In this document: positions 1-10,551 of the stretch, piece after piece
Numbering within the stretch: the stretch's first letter is position 1
How the letters are laid out: each line of letters starts with the position of its first letter
DNA from: Promethearchaeota archaeon
GTDB taxonomy: Archaea; Asgardarchaeota; Lokiarchaeia; Sigyniarchaeales; SOKP01
DNA: 64,000 nt
Direction of reading: 5' to 3'
Assembly: GCA_019058365.1 (NCBI GenBank)
Contig: JAHPZE010000009.1
Span: forward strand, 67,034 to 131,033
Program-made: the position numbers and the translations under genes
Notes under the pieces: generated by a model
The model's input: only the letters and a program-made list of their open reading frames with translations
What the model was told of the DNA's origin: nothing
The model's database searches: none

Positions 1-2301
1 AGAGACTGTAATAATTCTAGTTGATAAGCTATAATTATCTTTTTGGGCTGAGATCGTCAAAAAATTAATCCCAAGGTTTAGCTTTCGAGTGTTAATATCT
101 ATCGAATAATTTAATGGAGAATTATCAGTGAAGTTTCGTGAGATTCTAGTACCTGTAAGGAGTACTAAAGCATTATTAATGAAATTATTAGTATAAGTAT
201 CATTATATGTCATAATTATGTTTAAAGTTGTATTCCATGGAATTTCTATGAAGTTAGTTTCCGTGTTATTTAAAAATATTTTATCAATGTAAGAACTTCT
301 TTCAAGCACTTCAATCTTAAAGCGAATAGATTGAGATGTATAATTTTCTTTTTCAGCACTAACAGTTAAATAAGTATTTCCCAATCCTAAATCTTTTGTA
401 TCAATGATTATTGTATATTGTGGGAGTACTGGGTCTTCAGACACATTCTTGGGGGCTCCCAGTCCTGTTAATTCTACAGTCGCGTTACTAATATGGACAG
501 AAGGTAGTATCTCTTTATCTTTATACGTTATTGTTATATTCCCACTATTCCCATAAATCATTTGGATAGACTTATCCAAAGTTTTATCAGTTTTATCTAA
601 ATAAAGCTGTAATTCAGTTTCTCTTGCAATTACTTCAATATTAATCAGAATAGATATTGATTCATAATATTTCTTACTCGCAGATAAAGTTAAGAAATTA
701 TTTCCAAGACTTAATTTAGATGTATGAATAGTGATATTATATTGATTATAAATATCATCTTCTGACAAATCTTTGGGAGATCCTAACCCAATTAATTGTA
801 CTGTAGCATTTTGAATAAATTGTGATGATGTTTGGTTCATGTAAATGAATGTGATATTAACAGGATCACCCATAGTGACCTCGATTGATTTTTCCAAGGT
901 TTTATCTATAGAGTTTAGAAATAGATTATAGGATGTTGTATCTTCTACAACGTTTTCTGTATAAGAAATTAATAAACTTGCATTATCTATTGATATTATA
1001 ATTGTTTCATTCAAAGTAAATGTATCTGCTAAATATACCTCTATTGAGACACTTATATTATCATCTTTTGATACTATATCTTTAACATCAAAGCCTCCAC
1101 TTTTAATGTCTCGAAATTCAGACCATGCCTTACTTAATTTAACGGTTTCTGAATGAATTCTATTATTAATATAAACTCGTATTTCTGAATTAGGAGATAA
1201 AACTGTCCAATTTTTATCAATTTTATATTTAAAATTTAAAGTTGCATTAATTATATCAATTGTACTTCCTACAGTTTTATGTGTAATTTTATTCCCAACC
1301 TGATTCCAAGATAGTGCAGTAAGCTGATTAATTTTTTTCTCAAAAGTAAAATTTAAACTTACTGACTTTATTATTAGCAATTTCCAATTGTCCGCATCTT
1401 GTGGAAAATTATCCTCACACCAAATTCTCATTCCTATTAAGATTGTGAAATTGTTAAAATTATAACTGAGTACTGACGTTAAATAGAATATTAAAATATC
1501 TTCAGGGATAGTTACCATAAGCGTATCGTTTATGTGATCAATTATAGGAGAATCCTGACCCAGTTTCCAGGTTTGATTATAAGCAACCTCAAAAATACTA
1601 TTATTTGCTATATCAGATATCCAAACATAGAATCGGACATAATCTCCTGTTGATGCTTGAAAGTCTGCTGGATCAATTCCAGAATCGCTTAATACATCAA
1701 TAGCACCCGTAAAATCGTCCCCAGGTTGATCCCAAGAGGGTGTTGCTTGAACTGTGGCATTAAAAATCGCTGTAAGATTTGCAGATGTAATAACATAATC
1801 TGACATATCAACCGGCATATTAAGTATTCTATACCAATTTACAGCTACAGACTGATCAGCACTCTCATCCCAATAATGGCTAACACAAGCACCACTAGCA
1901 TTAATGTTAGTAGTATCTGGATAAGCTGGGAAGTTTGGATTTTTTGATTTAGTCCAATTTGAATCTTGTGTTAAATCAGAATAAAACTCATAATCATACT
2001 TTTTACCTAATACTTCATAATTTGCCTGATTGAGAGTTGTCGTAGCATTAATATCAGAAATATCTCCTTCTGTTGTATTATACCATGGATCTATGGGTGT
2101 TTCAAAAGTAGGATTATCAAGCCATTCTTTTGTATATAGATCTTGTACAATACCTTGGCTATTAGGTGCTGAATCATAATTTATATTATTGTTAGTATTT
2201 TGATTTAATAAGTAACTACTTATTAAAATATTGGATAGCAGTGAGGAAGTAATGATAATAAAGATTAAAATCCTTTTATTCTTACAGTAATTATTTCTCA
2301 T
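1..2301 (-). CDS. Large secreted/cell-surface protein with tandem ~100-aa beta-rich (Ig-like) repeats; partial, 3' end runs off the window
   Basis: Not in ORF track. ATG at 2299-2301 gives MRNNYCKNKRILIFIIITSSLLSN (signal-like). The parts I translated are open and frame-consistent to base 1. At least 3 repeats (e.g. FLNSIDKTLEKSIEVTMGDPVNITFIY..NATVQLIG..QYNITIHTSKLSLGNNFLTLSASKKYY) match those of the neighbouring 1365-aa protein. Confidence 0.85.
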   Translation of the reverse strand, partial: MRNNYCKNKRILIFIIITSSLLSNILISSYLLNQNTNNNINYDSAPNSQGIVQDLYTKEWLDNPTFETPIDPWYNTTEGDISDINATTTLNQANYEVLGKKYDYEFYSDLTQDSNWTKSKNPNFPAYPDTTNINASGACVSHYWDESADQSVAVNWYRILNMPVDMSDYVITSANLTAIFNATVQATPSWDQPGDDFTGAIDVLSDSGIDPADFQASTGDYVRFYVWISDIANNSIFEVAYNQTWKLGQDSPIIDHINDTLMVTIPEDILIFYLTSVLSYNFNNFTILIGMRIWCEDNFPQDADNWKLLIIKSVSLNFTFEKKINQLTALSWNQVGNKITHKTVGSTIDIINATLNFKYKIDKNWTVLSPNSEIRVYINNRIHSETVKLSKAWSEFRDIKSGGFDVKDIVSKDDNISVSIEVYLADTFTLNETIIISIDNASLLISYTENVVEDTTSYNLFLNSIDKTLEKSIEVTMGDPVNITFIYMNQTSSQFIQNATVQLIGLGSPKDLSEDDIYNQYNITIHTSKLSLGNNFLTLSASKKYYESISILINIEVIARETELQLYLDKTDKTLDKSIQMIYGNSGNITITYKDKEILPSVHISNATVELTGLGAPKNVSEDPVLPQYTIIIDTKDLGLGNTYLTVSAEKENYTSQSIRFKIEVLERSSYIDKIFLNNTETNFIEIPWNTTLNIIMTYNDTYTNNFINNALVLLTGTRISRNFTDNSPLNYSIDINTRKLNLGINFLTISAQKDNYSLSTRIITVS

Positions 2302-2544
2302 ATTTTATAAAACCTCAATTAATATTTAAAAATTTTATATTAAGATATAATTTTTCCATATATTCTTATTAATTAATATTTCAATATATTTTATTATACT
2401 TTTCCCTTATTTTAAAAATTTCATCCATTTTAATCTAAGTTTATATTAAATTTGGAAATTTGTCAAACTGAAATTAAAACGCAGTAAAAAACAAGAGAAC
2501 AATATATTTTATGCAAAAGATTTGATTTATAAAAGAACTTACAT

Positions 2545-2598
2545 TAGACCAGTGCGTGAATTTTCATGGAAAATTCCGTGATACTGTAGTGTTGGCTA
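2545..2598. terminator. Intergenic stem-loop between the two surface-protein genes
   Basis: Perfect GAATTTTC-atg-GAAAATTC (2558-2576), extended by CAGT/ACTG (2550-2553/2583-2586). More GC-rich than its flanks. Function inferred. Confidence 0.4.
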
Positions 2599-2658
2599 GC
2601 TGAAAAGAAGAAATTAATTAAATTTTTAAGATTTAATAGTATTAGAAGGTTTTTTAGA

Positions 2659-5600
2659 TTAATCTTTAATCAATTCATCTAATTCTTCCTTTTTCTTAAT
2701 AGTTTTCTCAGTTAATTGATCTGGTACTATTTTAGACTCTGTTAGCTGTGGTTCCAATTTTTTTAATGGCGATGAGGGCTCTACAGGTTTAGCTTTTAAT
2801 TTTTGAACTCCCCCTAATTCTTCCTTATAAAGCATGGAAAATGCTTTTTCTCGGCTTGTAATATGTACACTAGGAGTTGATTTTCTTTTTAATGTTCTTT
2901 TATATTTTCGGACCTTTCTTACTGGCTTTGGATATTTGAGATATCTTTGATAAGCGTAGAAATAGCTTCCCAATATAGTTGCTCCTATAACCGAAATTAT
3001 AAATAGGATTAGAAATAAATTATCCATTGTTGGTTGGGCGATTACTGTTACAATAATCTCATACCTCTGAAAATCATAATCGTCTCCTGCAAATGCAGTT
3101 ATTGTTATAGTAAACGAACCAACTGGTATATTAGAGATTTTCGATTCATATATTCCATCGTCGTTATTGTCTGTTAATACTCCTTGACCATTTTGCCATC
3201 GATATTCTACAGTTGCATTTAAAATTAAGCCTCCAAAATCTAAATTATTAAGTTTGATTTTCAAATCAACAGACTGACCCTCGTTGATATTGATAACGTT
3301 AGATCCTGATAAGGTTGTAATATTAGTTATAATGCGTCTTATGTCTAATCTAATATTAATTATTTTTAGTTGGTAATTATTTCTTTGTGCTACAACAGTT
3401 AATAATCTTACTCCTATATCTAATTGACGTGTATCTAATAAAGTTGTATACTGTTCTAAACTAATACTTTGATTTAATGAATCAGATAAACCTTCACCAA
3501 GAAGTTTCACATCAGCATTATTAATAAAATTACCGAGCAAATCTGAATATTTCACGGTAATATTCAATGATGATCCAATAGGTAATTCTAAAAATGGATC
3601 TCCAGTTTTATTATTACCATTAAAAAACAGTTGAAGATTTGCCATTCTTTCGGTGATCTCTACGGTTATTTGAGCAGGTTGAGATTGATAATCACTCTTA
3701 GTCGCAATGATATTCAAAATATCAATTCCTTGACCCAAAATACCCGCATCTATAGTGAAATTATATTGTTCTAAGGAAGGATTTTCATCAAAATATCCAT
3801 GTCCTAACAATTCTATTGTAGCATTACTTAAGTGCGTTCCAGTTATGAAATCGGTATATATAACTGTTATATTGATTTTTTCCGAAACTTCAACAGTAAT
3901 ATAATTATTTGGATATATTGCTCCATTTAATAAAACAACTAACGATGTTCCCCTTACATCAAGATATAGTGTCAATACTGTAGCAGATGAACTATAGTTT
4001 TGTAATTGCGCTGAGACCGTGAGAAATGTAGCCCCAACATGCAAAAGGGATGTATTAAATACTATTTCATATTGTGAATAAATATAACTTTCGTTTATAA
4101 TCTTAGAAAGTCCTCCTCCAACAACTCTAGCAGTTGCTCCACTTAGAAAGTCGCCAGAAATTTGATCTTTATAGCTAAATGATATGTTTAACAGTTCACC
4201 AGACGTAAGAGTTATACTCTTATCCGTTATTTTTTCAATTCCATTAAGAAAAACATTATCAATGTACGTTTCCCTTTCAATTATTTCGATTTTAATTAGA
4301 ATATTCTGAGATTCATAGTTGGATTCATTTACACTAATTATTAGCGAATGCATTTTATTTACTTCGTATAAAGAACTATTAAACTCCATATTGTAGATTC
4401 CTGGTGACATCATAGTTGTAGATGATTCTCCTAACCAATTACTTGTAGGAGAAGTAATTATCCCATTTCCCGTTGTAGTTTCAGTGTAATTCAAATGAAT
4501 AGTGAAATTTTCATTCCAAGGTACTTGCAAATATGGAAATTCTTGAGCTGTTAGCGAAGTCTTGAGTACCAGATTTATAGTAATTAGATTAGAATTATTT
4601 TGATATAAAGATGAATTTGCATATATAGTAAGCAAATTGTCACCAGCGACACCTCCAGAGGTATTAAAGTCTAATAAAACATAAAATCCTGGGCTAATTT
4701 CATTAAAATATTCTCTACCACCCAAGAAGTTATCGGTATAGATTATAGCGTCTCTAATTGCATCTCCATTCTCTTTATCATTAAAAGACACTAAAAGATT
4801 GATAGTATCCCCCTCAAAAATATTAGAATAATAACTCTGATCAGGTGTAAGTGTTGAGAAATGTTTTACTGTAAATTTTTGTGTTATAATACCTGTTTCA
4901 TTCAATCCGAATATTGAATAAGAGTTGTTCCAAGTAATAATGATTTCATACTCTCCAACTTCATAATTTGGTGGAGTACTTGGTATTTGAAAATAATTAA
5001 AATCAACATTACCGTTCGAATCTGGAGATTGTAACTGATTTACTGCTGCCCAAATTGAACCATTTGGAAATCTAACCTGAAGTTTCGCTTCAGTTTGTTG
5101 AATATAGCCAGAAACTAAAAGAGAATCTGTTATCTTTGCAGTTATATTAATATAATCTCCACTAAAAAATTCTGATTCCTGAACCCAATCATTTCCCGTA
5201 GGTATACTGGTTGTATTTTTAAATATCTGTAATTCTTCACAGTAATTGGGTGATTCTGCATTAAATTTCCAGAAACCATCGGGAGTTGTTGATATTGAAT
5301 TTACTGGAATTAATAATAGTCCGGCTGTAGAATTGTCACATTGAGTTAGTCTATTAACACTTGGTTGCTGGGGTTCAGATACCCAATATAAATCTATATC
5401 TGTAGGAAATTCAAGCCTCATGGTAGCTTCTTCATATCCAGTAGGAACTGCAAAATAAGCATAACTTTCCCAATTAACTAAACTGTTATTTTCTACTGAA
5501 AATTTAGTACCTTCTGAAATGATATTTGTTTCATAACTCGTCTCAGGACTATCTTTAAAAGCATATAAATTTAAATCTGTATCTAAGTCTATTTCATAGC

Positions 5601-6717
5601 TACTCAGATCCCATGTGTCATCACAACTAAAGTTTGCATACACTTTTGAAGATTGCCAATTACCATTCAATTCTAAAGAACCTTTTCCCCAATCTACATC
5701 AGTTACACTACTGTCATTTAATTTTAATTGAATTTGACTTGGTTTAACTTCGGTTTTTAATATTAATTGAATATTATCAATGAAAATTTGTTGATAATTA
5801 CCATATGTAAAACCATTATATGTTGCAGTTATTGGAGTATATTCCCATGAAAATTCGATTTGCACTGAGGAACTATTTAGTGGATTACTATAAATGTTTG
5901 AAGAATTTGTCCAAACACCCTGAGGAATACTGAAACTATGCCAACCAGTCCCAAATCGATATAATGTTAGCGAGCCAATTGAATAAATATCAATACCATT
6001 GATAGAAAATGATAAAAGATGCGAATTAAATTCCATTAGATGGTAGGGACGTACTTCAAAATATAATTCACTATCTAATACTCTACCTCTCGGGATATTA
6101 ATAGTAGATTGCCATGAGCAAATATCTCCATAATGATATGTATATGAATTAGGAGATCCTTGTCCATCCATTCTAAGTTCTAAACTTTCCCTACCAGCAA
6201 CAGACGAACTATCCATATAATTTCCACTCATAGTATTAGTCCCTGAATCAATAAATGTCCAATTTTGATATGGATTTTCTATATCAAGTGTATCATTTTC
6301 GCCTGCGGCATATGTATTATCATCAGGTCCAAAATCGAATGTACCATTGTTCCAATTTCTAGAATCATATAAATTCTTTATAGATGTATCTAATTTGTAC
6401 CCTGTCCAATCAATTCCTAGTGGAATTTCTGCTGTATCGTATGTACCATTTGCAAAATTCACTGGTAAATCATAATCTGTTCGATTAGCATAATGGGTAA
6501 CATTCCAGGAGGTTCCTATTCCACTCAAGTGATTTTCAGAAGATAAACCCTGATCGTTTAATTTGTTAATTTCAGATTTATAATTATTATTTGATTTAAA
6601 ATCTACGAGATTAGTTTTATTTGGATTGCTTAAAATTATGTTCAAAGATAAGCCAAATAAAATAAATAAGATTATAATAAACTGTTTTCTTTTACAATAA
6701 TTTGATATTTTTCTCAA
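2659..6717 (-). CDS. Large membrane-anchored cell-surface protein with about 6 tandem Ig-like repeats, C-terminal TM helix and basic cytoplasmic tail
   Basis: ORF track 2659-6756. Probable start is TTG at 6717 after AGGTG (MRKISNYCKRKQFIIILF). Many N-x-S/T sequons. TM LFLILFIISVIGATILGSYFY is followed by YPKPVRKVRKYKRTLK. Confidence 0.85.
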   Translation of the reverse strand: MRKISNYCKRKQFIIILFILFGLSLNIILSNPNKTNLVDFKSNNNYKSEINKLNDQGLSSENHLSGIGTSWNVTHYANRTDYDLPVNFANGTYDTAEIPLGIDWTGYKLDTSIKNLYDSRNWNNGTFDFGPDDNTYAAGENDTLDIENPYQNWTFIDSGTNTMSGNYMDSSSVAGRESLELRMDGQGSPNSYTYHYGDICSWQSTINIPRGRVLDSELYFEVRPYHLMEFNSHLLSFSINGIDIYSIGSLTLYRFGTGWHSFSIPQGVWTNSSNIYSNPLNSSSVQIEFSWEYTPITATYNGFTYGNYQQIFIDNIQLILKTEVKPSQIQLKLNDSSVTDVDWGKGSLELNGNWQSSKVYANFSCDDTWDLSSYEIDLDTDLNLYAFKDSPETSYETNIISEGTKFSVENNSLVNWESYAYFAVPTGYEEATMRLEFPTDIDLYWVSEPQQPSVNRLTQCDNSTAGLLLIPVNSISTTPDGFWKFNAESPNYCEELQIFKNTTSIPTGNDWVQESEFFSGDYINITAKITDSLLVSGYIQQTEAKLQVRFPNGSIWAAVNQLQSPDSNGNVDFNYFQIPSTPPNYEVGEYEIIITWNNSYSIFGLNETGIITQKFTVKHFSTLTPDQSYYSNIFEGDTINLLVSFNDKENGDAIRDAIIYTDNFLGGREYFNEISPGFYVLLDFNTSGGVAGDNLLTIYANSSLYQNNSNLITINLVLKTSLTAQEFPYLQVPWNENFTIHLNYTETTTGNGIITSPTSNWLGESSTTMMSPGIYNMEFNSSLYEVNKMHSLIISVNESNYESQNILIKIEIIERETYIDNVFLNGIEKITDKSITLTSGELLNISFSYKDQISGDFLSGATARVVGGGLSKIINESYIYSQYEIVFNTSLLHVGATFLTVSAQLQNYSSSATVLTLYLDVRGTSLVVLLNGAIYPNNYITVEVSEKINITVIYTDFITGTHLSNATIELLGHGYFDENPSLEQYNFTIDAGILGQGIDILNIIATKSDYQSQPAQITVEITERMANLQLFFNGNNKTGDPFLELPIGSSLNITVKYSDLLGNFINNADVKLLGEGLSDSLNQSISLEQYTTLLDTRQLDIGVRLLTVVAQRNNYQLKIINIRLDIRRIITNITTLSGSNVININEGQSVDLKIKLNNLDFGGLILNATVEYRWQNGQGVLTDNNDDGIYESKISNIPVGSFTITITAFAGDDYDFQRYEIIVTVIAQPTMDNLFLILFIISVIGATILGSYFYAYQRYLKYPKPVRKVRKYKRTLKRKSTPSVHITSREKAFSMLYKEELGGVQKLKAKPVEPSSPLKKLEPQLTESKIVPDQLTEKTIKKKEELDELIKD

Positions 6718-6958
6718 TATATAACACCTAATAATTATTATTCTTATAATTTGCACTTATTCATATTTACATAAATATTTTGATCTTACTTTTAGGATTC
6801 AATTACATTCTATCACAAATTAATTGGAAAATCTAAATGTGTATTTTATATTAATTTGAATAAAGTTTAATTAAATTATAATAATAAATAATACTTAAGA
6901 AATAATTATATAGTTTTAAGTTAAAAAACTTATTTATAAAGATTTTAAAGTGATATAA

Positions 6959-8212
6959 TTGATCCAAGGCATTTTGACATTTCAGTTCAAAATTAATCAA
7001 AAAGAGACGGGCGAAATAGCACCAGAGTTTGAACCCATTCAATTAGTATTCCGGGAAGATAAATATGATGAAAATAATTTTTCAGAATTACTTGCTCAAA
7101 ATGATATTTTTGCGATTTTTTACCAGCACACTACGGGACTTTTTGGAGTTAAATACAGTTACAGCAATTTTTACGAGGGAAGATTAAAAGAAACTCCTTA
7201 TCAAGTGTTATCTTATTTTAAACAAGTTGCTGATGGGACTCAGTATTTAGCCATTTCAATATTTGAATTAGATGATGAAATTGATATTTTTGAAGATCTA
7301 ATTAAAGAGATGGGAAAAAGATTAGATGTCATATTTGATAAATTAACAAGAGCAAGGAACTCAAAACAACTTTCATTAATCGAGAATATTAATATTAGAT
7401 TAAAAAATGAAGTAAAATTCACTATTTTTCAAGTTGACCGATTATCGAATTTAGATAAACTTCAGAAAATCGCGCTGATTTATAATAGTGTGGAGCGTTT
7501 GAAAATTTTGGAGATCTTACGGGAATATCCAATTTCAAAAAAGAAACTGAAAGGAATACTAGAAAAAATGAAAATTAATGTAAATGTGGATATTCTTCTT
7601 CAACCCTTTTTAGAGTTGAATCTCATACGTCGGGATTGGATAAAAGGAGAGAAAAATAAAAAATCGGGAGAGATAACACATCAAGGAGAATATTTATTTC
7701 TAGTCAAAGATTTATTGTTTGCTCGTGTTCCTAATGAAAACTTGTTAAACCACTTTAAAGATACCAAAAATGAATTGTTACCCTTATACAAACAAAAGGT
7801 TATTGAATATTTCTCAAATTATGATCCTTATACTCAGCCTATTGAAGAAACGAAAAAATTAGCCTCAATTCTTCTCAATCCCGATGTATATGATTTTTTT
7901 GTGTTGATGAGACATAATCATTACCCACTGGATAAAATTCCCAAAATTTTTTCAGAATTCGCTGTTACAGAAATCTTATTAGATGATTTAAAGAATTTAA
8001 ATATTATTACTGAGGTTATAGACGATAATGATAGAAAATGGATATGTTTATTAACTGATATCAAACCATTAATAGTATTTCCAGAATATTTACTTCCTAA
8101 AATTAGAGCAGCGTATAAGGATCAAGATTCTGATGGAGCAATTACTTATGAAATTGCTAAAAAAGCGCTTAGTTTATTAGAAATAACATATCCAGAAAAA
8201 GTAAATTTTTAA
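6959..8212 (+). CDS. Hypothetical protein, putative N-terminal longin-like fold plus two winged-helix-like segments
   Basis: 417-aa ORF with TTG start. N-terminal beta/alpha pattern (YQVLSYF..QYLAISIFELDDEIDIFEDLI) and wHTH-like segments RLKILEILREYPISKKKL..LLQPFLELNLI and YDFFVLMRHNHYPLDKI..LLDDLKNLNII. Fold is inferred. Confidence 0.6.
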   Translation: MIQGILTFQFKINQKETGEIAPEFEPIQLVFREDKYDENNFSELLAQNDIFAIFYQHTTGLFGVKYSYSNFYEGRLKETPYQVLSYFKQVADGTQYLAISIFELDDEIDIFEDLIKEMGKRLDVIFDKLTRARNSKQLSLIENINIRLKNEVKFTIFQVDRLSNLDKLQKIALIYNSVERLKILEILREYPISKKKLKGILEKMKINVNVDILLQPFLELNLIRRDWIKGEKNKKSGEITHQGEYLFLVKDLLFARVPNENLLNHFKDTKNELLPLYKQKVIEYFSNYDPYTQPIEETKKLASILLNPDVYDFFVLMRHNHYPLDKIPKIFSEFAVTEILLDDLKNLNIITEVIDDNDRKWICLLTDIKPLIVFPEYLLPKIRAAYKDQDSDGAITYEIAKKALSLLEITYPEKVNF

Positions 8213-8245
8213 GGTTTATACATCAAAAAGAGATGATTTTTAAAA

Positions 8246-10453
8246 ATGTATCTATTTAAAGATAAAAATATAGTTGAAGTCCCTATTACATGTAAAATTT
8301 GTTTAAAAGAACTTAAATTTCCAGTTTCGGCGGATGAGTATAAACAAATTACAAAGTTTCCTATTAAAAAAGAACATATTCATGGTGACCCTCCACATAA
8401 ATTAATAGTCTTTATCAATCAGTATTTGGAAGTTGAGAACTTTGAGATAAAAGATGTTATAGAAAAAGTAAAAGATGTGGCTTATTCTAAAGAACTAACT
8501 AAACAAGTATTAAGTGAGATTGATCTATCAGATGAGGAAATAGAACTATACTTTCGTACTACAGGCAGAGAAGCAGTATCAATAGGAGAAATGTCAATTT
8601 TAATTAACAAACCAAAAGAAAAATGTAAAGAAATTGCAGATAAATTTGTCGAGAAAGGCTTATTTAGAGAGATCATAGGCGCAACTCCCCATTATCAAGC
8701 ATTACCACCATATGCAGCTTTAATTGCACAATTAAAGAAATTTTATACTTATATTTCTGATATAAAATCTACCATCCCTCAACAATTAGATAAATCATTT
8801 GCTCAACTTGAAACTGAAGCTAAGGGCATGGAAAAAATGAAAGATACAGGTGCAGTAATGACAGATTTGAAAGAAAAAATGCTTTCTCAAATCCATGCTC
8901 AGAAGAAAGAATTTGATAATACAATTTCAGCAATCGATCAAATTAAAACAATCACAGAAGATATCTCAAATCTTGGAGATTTTACTAAAACTTTATCTGA
9001 TGATCAAATTGGATCATTATCCAAGCAATTTGAAAATCTTAATGTTAGAACCTCCCAAATAATTAAAAATCAAGTTGATGATCTAAGAAATCAATTTGGT
9101 GATATCAAAAGTACAATTACTGATAATTTACAAAAATTAAAGTTAGGTGTAATTCAGCAAGCTGTAGGTGATGTTATTGATAAAGTTATTGCTACTCGTT
9201 TAAAAGATATTACTGATAATCTAAATGTGCAATTAAGTGTTAGTCAGACTGTATTTGCAGATGAATTGAATAAGGCGACAAAAGGAATAAACACAGAAAT
9301 TATTTCTAAACTGAAAGATTCTCTTGAGGATGCGACAAAGAATATTGAATCACTTACCTCTAAATCAGGAGAAGATAAAGAACGAATTTTTGCAGATATT
9401 TCTGAAAATTTTAATAAAGCTGTAAAGTTAGCAGAACAGCGAATTGATGGTCTTTCTGGAGGTATATTTGAATCTTTTGGAAATATAAAAGATATTTTTG
9501 GAAAGGGAATTGTTGATACACTAGATCAGACTTTATCAGATATTTTGCAACGGTTAGAAGTAAGCGAAATTACTACTCGAGAATTTTGGGATCAAGCTAA
9601 AGGCCAACGTGGATTTACTATGAAAGATATCTGGTTTATTCGATCTCCAGAAGCGGCTAAAGCTCATATAAATGAAGAAATATTAAATGCTAAGATGAGA
9701 GTTTTAATTGTTGCTCCAAATCTTTCAGATATAGACATTGAAACAATTAAAACTCGGCCTTCACGTGTTAACTTTAGAATCGCAACTTATATTGACCCAA
9801 CTATCCCGGAACATGAAGCTATTATGCAAGAGATGGATAATATGGATAATGTGGATTATAGAAATCGAGCTCTGCAAAATCTTTGGGGAATTAATAAAGA
9901 TTATGAAGAAGTAATCCTCTGTGTTCTTTCAAAAACGGAATTTAGAGGAGAATCTGTTACTGAAATAGCTGGTATAGGAAGCATAATTGAAGAACATATC
10001 AAAATATTTGTCCCTATACTTGAGGATGCTTGGGTTGGAGCACGAAAGGAAGTTATGCGAGGAATAAAAAAGCCAATCTCATTAGAAACAAAACCCATAT
10101 TAGAAGAACCTTTAAAAGAAGAACCTATTATTACTAAACCTGCAATAACAATCCCATCGGAAGAACCTAAAGAGATAGAGAAAGACACAGCTGAAATTCC
10201 AAAAGATACTTTCTTATCAAAACAATTCCATGATGTTTTAAATAATCTCGAAACTATGACCGGAAGAGAAGTTTCAGAGGCATTAGAAAGATTTCAAAAT
10301 GAATATGTTAAGAGAGAAGGATATAACAGTGTATTAAAGAACATTCATAACGCTGGCACCGGACTTAAAGATAAAGCAGAGATATTAAGTCGTCCTGAAA
10401 GGGATGATCTAAAACTTTCAATGAAAATATGGAAGCAAAAACTAAATCTTTAA
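8246..10453 (+). CDS. TrmB-like wHTH protein with N-terminal Zn-binding motif, long coiled coil, TrmB/PLD-like domain and C-terminal helical domain
   Basis: CKIC..HIHGDPPH; LSDEEIELY..SIGEMS..ADKFVEKGL..YQALPPY (TrmB-type HTH); about 300-aa heptad-rich region; AHINEEILNAKMRVLIVAP. Confidence 0.7.
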   Translation: MYLFKDKNIVEVPITCKICLKELKFPVSADEYKQITKFPIKKEHIHGDPPHKLIVFINQYLEVENFEIKDVIEKVKDVAYSKELTKQVLSEIDLSDEEIELYFRTTGREAVSIGEMSILINKPKEKCKEIADKFVEKGLFREIIGATPHYQALPPYAALIAQLKKFYTYISDIKSTIPQQLDKSFAQLETEAKGMEKMKDTGAVMTDLKEKMLSQIHAQKKEFDNTISAIDQIKTITEDISNLGDFTKTLSDDQIGSLSKQFENLNVRTSQIIKNQVDDLRNQFGDIKSTITDNLQKLKLGVIQQAVGDVIDKVIATRLKDITDNLNVQLSVSQTVFADELNKATKGINTEIISKLKDSLEDATKNIESLTSKSGEDKERIFADISENFNKAVKLAEQRIDGLSGGIFESFGNIKDIFGKGIVDTLDQTLSDILQRLEVSEITTREFWDQAKGQRGFTMKDIWFIRSPEAAKAHINEEILNAKMRVLIVAPNLSDIDIETIKTRPSRVNFRIATYIDPTIPEHEAIMQEMDNMDNVDYRNRALQNLWGINKDYEEVILCVLSKTEFRGESVTEIAGIGSIIEEHIKIFVPILEDAWVGARKEVMRGIKKPISLETKPILEEPLKEEPIITKPAITIPSEEPKEIEKDTAEIPKDTFLSKQFHDVLNNLETMTGREVSEALERFQNEYVKREGYNSVLKNIHNAGTGLKDKAEILSRPERDDLKLSMKIWKQKLNL

Positions 10454-10551
10454 GAATATTCTTTTTTTAATTATTTTAATCTTTTAAATCTATTAGACTA
10501 TTGATTTTTTATAATAAAATACTTATTATAGTATTTATAATTACTTTTTTT

